From UHGV virus genome UHGV-0148165: a stretch of DNA of 64,000 nucleotides; one strand, written 5' to 3'. Shown piece after piece: positions 20,960-28,416 of this stretch. Position numbers and translations under genes: made by a program. Source of the DNA: a virus. Under the pieces are notes generated by a model, which saw only the letters and a program-made list of their open reading frames with translations, was not told the origin of the DNA and searched no databases. Numbering within the stretch: the stretch's first letter is position 1; every line of letters starts with the position of its first letter.

Positions 20960-20990
20960 TGTTTACAAGACTGTTCTTCCGTGGTACTAT
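20960..20990 (+). promoter_or_regulatory. T4-type early promoter
   Basis: GTTTAC then 19 bp then TACTAT. Confidence 0.6.
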
Positions 20991-21018
20991 TACCCTATCA
21001 ACTACGGAGGAACAGAAA

Positions 21019-21132
21019 ATGAAAAAGATTGTTAAAGCTATATGGAATGTAGTTATAATACTAATAGTTTTGAGTATATTCCCAATCGTTTTAATGATTG
21101 ATGTATTAAACGTTTACTTTGGATTTATGTGA
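21019..21132 (+). CDS. small hydrophobic peptide (37 aa)
   Basis: MKKIVKAIWNVVIILIVLSIFPIVLMIDVLNVYFGFM with GGAGGAA SD. Confidence 0.4.
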   Translation: MKKIVKAIWNVVIILIVLSIFPIVLMIDVLNVYFGFM

Positions 21133-21139
21133 GGAAAAT

Positions 21140-21337
21140 ATGAAGCGTAAACGCAGTGCTTTTACATTTATTGAATGGTTTTTCGATAATATTTTTCCGG
21201 CTTTATTCATTTTCATGCTGATTTTTGCCTTAGGTTCAGTTGTAGTTGGAATTTATTTGATGACGGTAGTCGGAATGGATATTCATCAAAATGGTTTAAA
21301 ATCCGTGGTTGAAACAATTTGGAATGGTGTAAAATGA
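21140..21337 (+). CDS. small membrane protein (65 aa)
   Basis: ATG 21140 with GAGGAAAA SD (track start 21119 is TTG); hydrophobic core. Confidence 0.45.
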   Translation: MKRKRSAFTFIEWFFDNIFPALFIFMLIFALGSVVVGIYLMTVVGMDIHQNGLKSVVETIWNGVK

Positions 21338-21444
21338 TGAATTTGCTGAGTGGTTGGTTTTATATTCTTATGTTTTACATTGGTGCAAATTTCCCATATT
21401 GGATGGGATGGTCAACAACTGCATTTGGATTTTATACTCCTTGA
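21334..21444 (+). CDS. small hydrophobic peptide (36 aa)
   Basis: MMNLLSGWFYILMFYIGANFPYWMGWSTTAFGFYTP; ATGA overlap with upstream ORF. Confidence 0.35.
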   Translation: MMNLLSGWFYILMFYIGANFPYWMGWSTTAFGFYTP

Positions 21445-21452
21445 GGTGAATT

Positions 21453-21668
21453 ATGAAAAGTTTTAAAGATGTAAAAGTTGGTGAAATTTTTTGTTTAGAT
21501 AACGGTGATCAGTTAATTCGTATTTCACCTCTTAAGAGCACTAGCGAGAAAATGACAGTTAACGCTACTTTAGAAAATAATAGTAATGAACGTTTCTGTA
21601 TTGAAAATGATACTGAAACTTATACCGTAGAAGAATTCTGGGAATTGAGCGTCGACTGCGACGATTAA
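21453..21668 (+). CDS. hypothetical protein (71 aa)
   Basis: ATG with GAGGTGAA SD. Confidence 0.5.
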   Translation: MKSFKDVKVGEIFCLDNGDQLIRISPLKSTSEKMTVNATLENNSNERFCIENDTETYTVEEFWELSVDCDD

Positions 21669-21728
21669 TTTATCGGCCGTGTGTATTCATACGGCCTTGG
21701 AGTAGAAAATAATTTAGAGGAAATTAAT

Positions 21729-22184
21729 ATGAAATATATGACTGTTACTGATCTGAATAATGCAGGCGCAACTGTTATTGGTACAATCAAGGGTGGTGAG
21801 TGGTTTTTGGGAACTCCGCACAAAGACATTTTGTCTAAACCTGGATTTTACTTTTTAGTGAGTAAACTCGGTGGTCCATTTAGTAGTCCATGCGTATCTG
21901 CACGATTTTATGTAGGTAATCAGCGTTCTAAGCAAGGATTCAGTGCGGTTTTAAGTCATATTCGTCAACGCCGGTCTCAGCTTGCGCGTACTATTGCAAA
22001 TAACAATGTTCCATACACAGTATTTTATCTGCCTGCTTCTAAGATGAAACCTCTGACGACAGGATTTGGAAAAGGTCAGTTAGCTTTGGCGTTTACTCGT
22101 AATCATCATTCTGAGTATCAAACACTTGAAGAAATGAACCGCATGTTGGCTGATAACTTTAAATTCGTTTTGCAGGCATATTAA
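21729..22184 (+). CDS. ndd: nucleoid disruption protein Ndd
   Basis: 151 aa from ATG 21729 (track ORF opens at an upstream GTG); length equals T4 Ndd; followed by stp. Confidence 0.75.
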
Positions 22185-22264
22185 TGAGTAATTTCCACAA
22201 CGAACACGTGATGCAGTTCTATCGTAACAATCTTAAAACCAAAGGCGTCTTCGGACGCCAGTGA
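22184..22264 (+). CDS. stp: Stp peptide, activator of host PrrC anticodon nuclease (26 aa)
   Basis: Encodes [26 protein letters not shown], recognised as T4 Stp; ATG overlaps ndd stop. Confidence 0.8.
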
Positions 22265-22271
22265 GGAAAAT

Positions 22272-22430
22272 ATGAATATCGCAAAATTATTAGGAGTTAT
22301 TTCATTTATTTGTTGGATAGTAGCATGTGTTTTAACTATCTGTATTGATGCCAGCAGTGTGTTTTCGCAAGCTTTAGCTCAGGGTATGTGTGCATATTTA
22401 ACATTTGTGTTGTTATCTACTAATGATTAA
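22272..22430 (+). CDS. small membrane protein (52 aa), ac (acriflavine resistance) position
   Basis: MNIAKLLGVISFICWIVACVLTICIDASS...; size and position consistent with T4 ac. Confidence 0.45.
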   Translation: MNIAKLLGVISFICWIVACVLTICIDASSVFSQALAQGMCAYLTFVLLSTND

Positions 22431-22563
22431 GAAAATCTTGGGCTATTCATTAGCCCTTGCTATTTTATTGATAGCATTATATTACGGAATAATGTTCGGA
22501 TTAATTCAAGTCGTGCTTTTCATTTCTGATGTTATTATGGCACTACATTCACTAGTATGGTAA
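22423..22563 (+). CDS. small membrane protein (46 aa)
   Basis: MIKKILGYSLALAILLIALYYGIMFGLIQVVLF...; overlaps upstream ORF end. Confidence 0.4.
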   Translation: MIKKILGYSLALAILLIALYYGIMFGLIQVVLFISDVIMALHSLVW

Positions 22564-22567
22564 ATTT

Positions 22568-23896
22568 ATGCAACTGAATAATCGTGATTTAAAAAGTATC
22601 ATTGATAATGAAGCATTGGCTTATGCTATGTACACGGTTGAAAATCGTGCCATTCCAAATATGATTGACGGATTTAAGCCAGTTCAACGATTTGTTATTG
22701 CTCGAGCTCTTGATTTGGCACGAGGAAATAAAGATAAGTTTCACAAACTCGCTTCTATCGCAGGCGGTGTAGCGGACCTTGGATATCATCATGGTGAAAA
22801 CTCTGCGCAAGACGCAGGTGCTTTGATGGCTAACACTTGGAATAATAACTTTCCTCTGTTAGACGGTCAAGGAAACTTTGGTTCTCGTACTGTCCAAAAG
22901 GCAGCAGCAAGTCGTTATATTTTTGCTCGTGTAAGTAAAAATTTCTATAACGTATATAAAGATACTGAATATGCTCCAGTACATCAAGATAAAGAACACA
23001 TTCCGCCTGCTTTCTATTTGCCTATTATTCCTACTGTTCTTCTTAATGGCGTTTCCGGTATTGCAACTGGTTATGCAACTTACATTCTTCCTCATAGTGT
23101 TTCTTCTGTCAAGAAAGCTGTACTGCAAGCTCTTCAAGGAAAGAAAGTAACTAAACCGAAGGTAGAATTCCCAGAATTTCGTGGTGAAGTCGTTGAAATT
23201 GATGGGCAATATGAAATTCGTGGAACATATAAGTTTACTTCACGAACTCAAATGCATATCACTGAGATTCCGTATAAGTATGATCGTGAAACTTACGTGA
23301 GTAAAATCTTAGACCCGCTTGAAGATAAAGGCTTCATTACATGGGATGATGCTTGCGGTGAGCATGGTTTTGGCTTTAAAATTAAATTCCGCAAAGAATA
23401 CTCTTTGAGCGATAATGAAGAAGAACGCCATGCAAAAATTATGAAAGACTTCGGGTTGATTGAGCGTCGTTCTCAGAATATTACGGTTATTAATGAAAAA
23501 GGAAAGCTACAAGTTTACGATAACGTAGTTGATTTAATTAAAGACTTCGTTGAAGTTCGTAAAACTTATGTCCAAAAACGAATTGATAACAAAATTAAAG
23601 AAACTGAGTCAGCTTTTCGTTTAGCCTTTGCCAAGGCACATTTCATTAAGAAAGTAATTTCAGGTGAAATCGTTGTGCAGGGTAAAACTCGTAAAGAACT
23701 GACCGAAGAACTTTCGAAAATCGATATGTATTCTTCTTATGTTGATAAACTAGTTGGAATGAATATTTTTCACATGACTTCTGATGAAGCAAAGAAACTT
23801 GCTGAAGAAGCTAAAGCCAAAAAAGAAGAAAACGAATATTGGAAAACTACTGATGTAGTTACAGAATACACCAAAGATTTAGAGGAAATCAAATGA
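22568..23896 (+). CDS. 52: DNA topoisomerase II medium subunit (gp52)
   Basis: 442 aa; GyrA/ParC-like N-terminus (AIPNMIDGFKPVQRFV). Confidence 0.95.
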   Translation: MQLNNRDLKSIIDNEALAYAMYTVENRAIPNMIDGFKPVQRFVIARALDLARGNKDKFHKLASIAGGVADLGYHHGENSAQDAGALMANTWNNNFPLLDGQGNFGSRTVQKAAASRYIFARVSKNFYNVYKDTEYAPVHQDKEHIPPAFYLPIIPTVLLNGVSGIATGYATYILPHSVSSVKKAVLQALQGKKVTKPKVEFPEFRGEVVEIDGQYEIRGTYKFTSRTQMHITEIPYKYDRETYVSKILDPLEDKGFITWDDACGEHGFGFKIKFRKEYSLSDNEEERHAKIMKDFGLIERRSQNITVINEKGKLQVYDNVVDLIKDFVEVRKTYVQKRIDNKIKETESAFRLAFAKAHFIKKVISGEIVVQGKTRKELTEELSKIDMYSSYVDKLVGMNIFHMTSDEAKKLAEEAKAKKEENEYWKTTDVVTEYTKDLEEIK

Positions 23897-24042
23897 GTCC
23901 ATTCATTGGTATCACAAGCGCTGCATTAGTATCTGGTGGCATTTTACTGGCGGGTTTAGGTGTTGTTCCTGCCGTAGCAGGAGGTCTTCTTGCGTTCGGA
24001 ATTCAACGTGTTATCATGACAGTTATCACAGTCATGCAGTAA
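23893..24042 (+). CDS. small Gly-rich membrane peptide (49 aa)
   Basis: MSPFIGITSALVSGGILLAGLGVVPAVAGGLLAFG...; ATGA overlap with gene 52 stop; strong terminator follows. Confidence 0.45.
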   Translation: MSPFIGITSAALVSGGILLAGLGVVPAVAGGLLAFGIQRVIMTVITVMQ

Positions 24043-24047
24043 TTTTA

Positions 24048-24076
24048 GGGAGAGCCGAGGCTCTCCCTTTTTATTT
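24048..24076 (+). terminator. rho-independent terminator
   Basis: GGGAGAGCC-GAG-GCTCTCCC then T-tract. Confidence 0.85.
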
Positions 24077-24097
24077 TAAAAATTTTTTCACAAAACG

Positions 24098-24127
24098 GTT
24101 TACAACCAAAGCATACTGTGGTACTAT
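24098..24127 (+). promoter_or_regulatory. T4-type early promoter (repeated cassette)
   Basis: TTCACAAAACGGTTTAC...GTGGTACTATACAACTATCAACTACTGATACAGA. Confidence 0.65.
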
Positions 24128-24168
24128 ACAACTATCAACTACTGATACAGAATTACGGAGATTAGAAA

Positions 24169-24804
24169 ATGTCTAAAGTAACTTACATCATCAAAGCTTC
24201 TAACGATGTTCTGAATGAAAAAACTGCTGCGATTTTAATTACCATTGCTAAGAAAGATTTCATTACAGCTGCAGAAGTTCGTGAGGTGCATCCAGATTTA
24301 GGTAACGCAGTAGTTAATAGTAATATTGGGGTATTGATTAAAAAAGGCCTGGTGGAGAAATCTGGTGATGGATTAATCATTACAGGTGAAGCTCAGGATA
24401 TTATTTCAAATGCAGCAACTTTATACGCACAGGAAAACGCTCCGGAACTGCTGAAAAAACGAGCAACTCGTAAAGCTCGCGAAATTACTTCCGATATGGA
24501 AGAAGATAAAGACTTCATGTTAAAACTTTTAGATGAAAATGGATTTGTTCTTAAAAAGGTTGAAACTTATCGTAGTAACTATCTCGCTATTTTAGAAAAA
24601 CGTACTCACGGAATTCGTAATTTTGAAATTAACAACAATGGAAATATGCGAATTTTTGGATACAAAATGATGGAACATCATATTCAGAAATTTACTGACA
24701 TCGGAATGTCATGTAAAATCGCTAAAAACGGTAATGTGTATCTTGACATTAAACGCTCGGCAGAAAACATTGAAGCTGTAATCACTGTAGCATCTGAACT
24801 ATGA
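24169..24804 (+). CDS. motA: middle transcription activator MotA
   Basis: 211 aa, same as T4 MotA; sits between 52 and asiA. Confidence 0.85.
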   Translation: MSKVTYIIKASNDVLNEKTAAILITIAKKDFITAAEVREVHPDLGNAVVNSNIGVLIKKGLVEKSGDGLIITGEAQDIISNAATLYAQENAPELLKKRATRKAREITSDMEEDKDFMLKLLDENGFVLKKVETYRSNYLAILEKRTHGIRNFEINNNGNMRIFGYKMMEHHIQKFTDIGMSCKIAKNGNVYLDIKRSAENIEAVITVASEL

Positions 24805-24814
24805 GGAATAAATA

Positions 24815-25144
24815 ATGAACAAGTTAGAAATTGTCAATGAACTTCGTCGTTGTGCAGAACCTACTCAAGAGGGTTGGGATATTTGGTACCATGGAGCTTA
24901 TCTTGGAACTATTGTAAAGATTAAGACTGGTAAATACATGATTATTCGTGAAAGTAAAGATGCTCCAGTAGGTATTCGCAATAATTTTATGGCAGCGATA
25001 AGTTCATTTACAGATGCAGCTTACGAAATTTACCTTGCTGATTATAAAGAATTCCAGGAATCTCAACCGGTTATTCGCTCAATTGGTGTTAACAAAGCTC
25101 AACAGAAAACTTTGTGGCAACGTATTAAAGGATGGTTTAAATGA
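24815..25144 (+). CDS. hypothetical protein (109 aa)
   Basis: ATG start; motA-asiA interval. Confidence 0.5.
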   Translation: MNKLEIVNELRRCAEPTQEGWDIWYHGAYLGTIVKIKTGKYMIIRESKDAPVGIRNNFMAAISSFTDAAYEIYLADYKEFQESQPVIRSIGVNKAQQKTLWQRIKGWFK

Positions 25145-25602
25145 ACCCATTTATTAATCGTTTAAAAATGCTGAATGTTCCTTTATCTCGTGAAACTCCA
25201 GAAAGTCTTGTTGAAAAATTTAAAGCGCATGGTTATAAATGCACAGAAGAAGATATTCTGAAAGAAGTTCCTGAAATCTGTTGGCAGACCGCATACTGGG
25301 ATGAAAACCAAAAGTATCAACGACGAATTGTTTGTGCCGCCAACCGTTTTAAATTAAAAGATGGACGAACTCTTGTTATTCCAGGTGCTCGTCATTATTC
25401 TAAAGATATGGCAGAAGTTTTAGATGTAGTTAAACCCCAATTAGTTACTCAGCAAGTTTGTGATGATGACCAAGGATTTATTGACCAATATAGTAATTAT
25501 TGGACACGTGAAGAAGCAATGATTATTGCAACTTACGCTGGACAAGTACGTATTGAACGTGGTGGTAGTGAAAAAGAACTTTACTCTGAGGACCTTTACT
25601 AA
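25141..25602 (+). CDS. hypothetical protein (153 aa)
   Basis: ATGA overlap with upstream ORF; no motif recognised. Confidence 0.5.
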   Translation: MNPFINRLKMLNVPLSRETPESLVEKFKAHGYKCTEEDILKEVPEICWQTAYWDENQKYQRRIVCAANRFKLKDGRTLVIPGARHYSKDMAEVLDVVKPQLVTQQVCDDDQGFIDQYSNYWTREEAMIIATYAGQVRIERGGSEKELYSEDLY

Positions 25603-25898
25603 TGAATATTAAAAAATTTCAAATTGATGGAATTACGAATCAAATTAAGGCATTGGAATATGCTAACAAAATGATGTCAACTAATTGGGGAATTTATACC
25701 AATGAGCCGGGATTTAAGTTCTGTGATATGGAATTCACTAAAAAGCTTGTAGGAAAAGATTATGTGTGCCCATTTAGTTCTCCAGTAAATGGAATACTAA
25801 AACCCACTTTACGCGATCTTTATATTGCGATGAACGAAGAAATGATAAAAGAACTAAAACGTCAACTGAAGGTGATTCAATTTGGCCAGGGAAATTAA
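25602..25898 (+). CDS. hypothetical protein (98 aa)
   Basis: TAATG overlap with upstream stop. Confidence 0.5.
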   Translation: MNIKKFQIDGITNQIKALEYANKMMSTNWGIYTNEPGFKFCDMEFTKKLVGKDYVCPFSSPVNGILKPTLRDLYIAMNEEMIKELKRQLKVIQFGQGN

Positions 25899-26100
25899 TT
25901 CAAAATCCGATTATTTTAATTCTCTCAATGATAAAGATAAAAATCTAATACGGCATTTTATTGTTGAGATGGGATATACCGATACACGCGATTTAAGAGA
26001 ACATATATTTGAATGTGGTGTAGCTAAAAAGTTTTCATTCACATGCAAATGTTTAAGAGAGGTAATTCAGCACTATGAACAATTTAGTCGCAAAGCATAA
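25882..26100 (+). CDS. hypothetical protein, possible TTG start
   Basis: No ATG near the 5' end; GGTGA SD 6 nt before TTG 25882; uncertain. Confidence 0.3.
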   Translation: MAREINSKSDYFNSLNDKDKNLIRHFIVEMGYTDTRDLREHIFECGVAKKFSFTCKCLREVIQHYEQFSRKA

Positions 26101-26183
26101 TTTTAATAAAGCTTCTGTCCATAAAGATAAGAAGAAAGCGTTTAAAGAATCTAATCGCAAACAGAAACATAAGGGGAAGGTCT

Positions 26184-26462
26184 ATGATTATTGATTCTCA
26201 ATCTGTGGTTCAATACACAATCAAAATTGATATTCTAGAAAAGCTATATAAGTTTCTACCAAACCTATACCATTCAATTGTCAATGAATTAGTTGAAGAG
26301 TTACATCTTGAGAATAATGATTTCTTGATTGGAACTTATAAAGACCTCTCAAAAGCAGGATATTTTTACGTAATTCCAGCTCCAGGAAAAAGTATTGATG
26401 ATGTATTAGAAACTATAATGATTTATGTCCATGATTACGAAATTGAAGATTATTTCGAATGA
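26184..26462 (+). CDS. hypothetical protein (92 aa), at the arn position by size and synteny
   Basis: AAGGGGAAGG SD; 92 aa equals my recollection of T4 Arn; sequence not verifiable. Confidence 0.45.
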   Translation: MIIDSQSVVQYTIKIDILEKLYKFLPNLYHSIVNELVEELHLENNDFLIGTYKDLSKAGYFYVIPAPGKSIDDVLETIMIYVHDYEIEDYFE

Positions 26463-26611
26463 GTCATAATCTTGAAAAGGTAATCGAGCATAATGTAGCT
26501 CAGGAACGCGAGTCGTTCAAGGAATTCGTAGAAAAAATTTTTGAAGAAAATAACACAGACCAGTTTACAAATCAAGCGTCTGATGATATTATAACAAAGT
26601 CAACTAATTGA
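26459..26611 (+). CDS. hypothetical small protein (50 aa)
   Basis: ATGA overlap with upstream stop; contains the asiA promoter in its 3' part. Confidence 0.3.
   Translation: MSHNLEKVIEHNVAQERESFKEFVEKIFEENNTDQFTNQASDDIITKSTN
26563..26593 (+). promoter_or_regulatory. T4-type early promoter upstream of asiA
   Basis: GTTTAC then 19 bp then TATTAT. Confidence 0.55.
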
Positions 26612-26623
26612 GTGGTATAGTTA

Positions 26624-26896
26624 ATGAATAAAAACATTGATACAGTTCGTGAAATTATTACTGTTGCATCTATTTTGATTAAATTTTCCAGAGAAGATAT
26701 TGTTGAGAATCGTGCTAATTTTATTGCATTTCTTAATGAGATTGGAGTAACGCATGAAGGTAGAAAGTTAAATCAGAATTCATTTCGTAAAATTGTTTCT
26801 GAATTAACTCAAGAAGATAAGAAAACCCTCATCGATGAATTCAACGAGGGTTTTGAGGGTGTATATCGATATCTAGAAATGTATACGAACAAATAA
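26624..26896 (+). CDS. asiA: anti-sigma-70 factor AsiA
   Basis: 90 aa MNKNIDTVREIITVASILIKFSREDIVENRANFIAFLNEIG..., recognised as AsiA. Confidence 0.9.
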   Translation: MNKNIDTVREIITVASILIKFSREDIVENRANFIAFLNEIGVTHEGRKLNQNSFRKIVSELTQEDKKTLIDEFNEGFEGVYRYLEMYTNK

Positions 26897-27553
26897 TTAT
26901 TTAGCCCTTCCTAATATTCTGGCCGCCTGAGCACATATTGATTCAAGGCGGTCATTACTTATATGATCATTTCTATACCAGTACATGGTTATCGTTCCAG
27001 CATAGATATTATCCAAATTAAAATATGGACAACTGTACATGTAGTTTATTTCGGGAGTAGGCTTTTTAGTTGGTAAAAAAGCAAATTTTGAGTCGGAATA
27101 ATAATGACGTCCATTTAAATGAACTGTATATTCATCCATAGTTTTATCAACAGGATATCCTCCAAGTGATTTTTCACTTATTGTTGAAGGTAATTTTCCT
27201 TCATATGCTATAATATCAACAAAATAGTTTAAGTTTTTAGGGCGGAAAGAATACACCGCACTAAAGTCTGCCTCAGATGATATGTGAACTATCTGGAGTT
27301 GTTCCAGGGCGACAGATTCAAAGCGTGCATTTCTTTCCTTTTCAATAATTTCACTGTATGTTTCATACTTTGATTGCTTATAGTACTCAAAGAAACTATC
27401 TCCCCTATACCAAACAATCGCCATCATAAACAAAAGAATTACGACAGCTACCCGGGAAGCAAGAACTTTCCCGGTAGCGTTATCTTTGAACAAGCGATCT
27501 AGAACACCAAATAGAATATCAGAGGGCGAAAATGATATTCTAGGTGCTGCCAT
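26897..27553 (-). CDS. t: holin T
   Basis: 218 aa, same as T4 T; single N-terminal TMD and large periplasmic domain; directly downstream of gene 38. Confidence 0.85.
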   Translation of the reverse strand: MAAPRISFSPSDILFGVLDRLFKDNATGKVLASRVAVVILLFMMAIVWYRGDSFFEYYKQSKYETYSEIIEKERNARFESVALEQLQIVHISSEADFSAVYSFRPKNLNYFVDIIAYEGKLPSTISEKSLGGYPVDKTMDEYTVHLNGRHYYSDSKFAFLPTKKPTPEINYMYSCPYFNLDNIYAGTITMYWYRNDHISNDRLESICAQAARILGRAK

Positions 27554-27584
27554 AGACCCTCCTTTTAGGGGTATTTATTCAAAA

Positions 27585-28382
27585 TTATACTCTTGGACCA
27601 TATATTACTCCAACATTTTGCCAAGTTGGAGCAGATCCTATGACAGCATAACCTGCTGCTCCTCCTGCACCAACCTTTAGAACTTTACCACCATCAGACC
27701 AGGCATTTTGTCCATTTCCTCCGGCATCGCCGCCCTGGCCAGAGTGAGCATTTCCGTATTGGTAACCACCTCCTGGGGCGACGTATGAAGCTGCGCCACC
27801 TGAGTAACCACCGCCACCACCTGGGCCAAATGGTCTTCCGCCACCACCACCAATATCTTGCCAGCGTGCCCCTGAGTGAACACGGTAAGCAATGCCGCCA
27901 CCACCGCCTCCGCCACCACAGATTACTCCACCATTGTTAATTCTTAATCGTCCACCAATGTCGTTTTGAATACAATGCCCGCCTTGTTGTCCATTACCAT
28001 CTCCACCGAAATGAGTCCATCCACCTTGTCCACCTCTACCCCACATATGAGCGCCAATAATATTTAACTGAACATATTCATTTGGTGTATCTCCGTACAT
28101 GAAGAATAAAGGAACATCTTTAGAATATGATACTAAATCACCTGTAATATTAAACACTATAGGTGCATTACCTGCCTCAAAACATCTATCTCGGAACCAT
28201 TGACCATTGAAGTTATGGTCTGCTCCAAGCGTGTGAATAATTTCTCGTGAGCGACCTGCAAATTGACTCATCCAGCAAGGAACACCCAATCTTAATTGAC
28301 CAGCCGCTTGACTCATCCATCGTTGTCCTGTTTCATTTACGGATGAACTACCAATCCAGCCAGGAACTCCAACTACTGCCAT
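27585..28382 (-). CDS. 38: T2-type long-tail-fibre tip adhesin gp38
   Basis: 265 aa with multiple poly-Gly motifs (GGGGGGGG, GGGGG) separating variable segments; downstream of gene 37. Confidence 0.8.
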   Translation of the reverse strand: MAVVGVPGWIGSSSVNETGQRWMSQAAGQLRLGVPCWMSQFAGRSREIIHTLGADHNFNGQWFRDRCFEAGNAPIVFNITGDLVSYSKDVPLFFMYGDTPNEYVQLNIIGAHMWGRGGQGGWTHFGGDGNGQQGGHCIQNDIGGRLRINNGGVICGGGGGGGGIAYRVHSGARWQDIGGGGGRPFGPGGGGGYSGGAASYVAPGGGYQYGNAHSGQGGDAGGNGQNAWSDGGKVLKVGAGGAAGYAVIGSAPTWQNVGVIYGPRV

Positions 28383-28397
28383 AATTTATCTCCAAAG

Positions 28398-28410
28398 GGG
28401 GCGTTGCCCC
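28398..28410 (-). promoter_or_regulatory. RNA hairpin between genes 37 and 38
   Basis: GGGGC-AAC-GCCCC on the - strand immediately before gene 38 SD; no proper U-tract. Confidence 0.35.
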
Positions 28411-28416
28411 TTGTTG

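Noticed and set aside
22244-22259. GGCGTC-TTCG-GACGCC hairpin as an intrinsic terminator
   Set aside because: It lies inside the stp coding sequence and is not followed by a U-tract; kept only as a possible RNA stability or coupling element
27677-28100. Repeated GGT/GGC-rich stretches as a possible CRISPR-like or tandem DNA repeat
   Set aside because: They are in-frame glycine codons of gp38 poly-Gly motifs on the - strand, irregular in length and spacing, with no repeat-spacer periodicity
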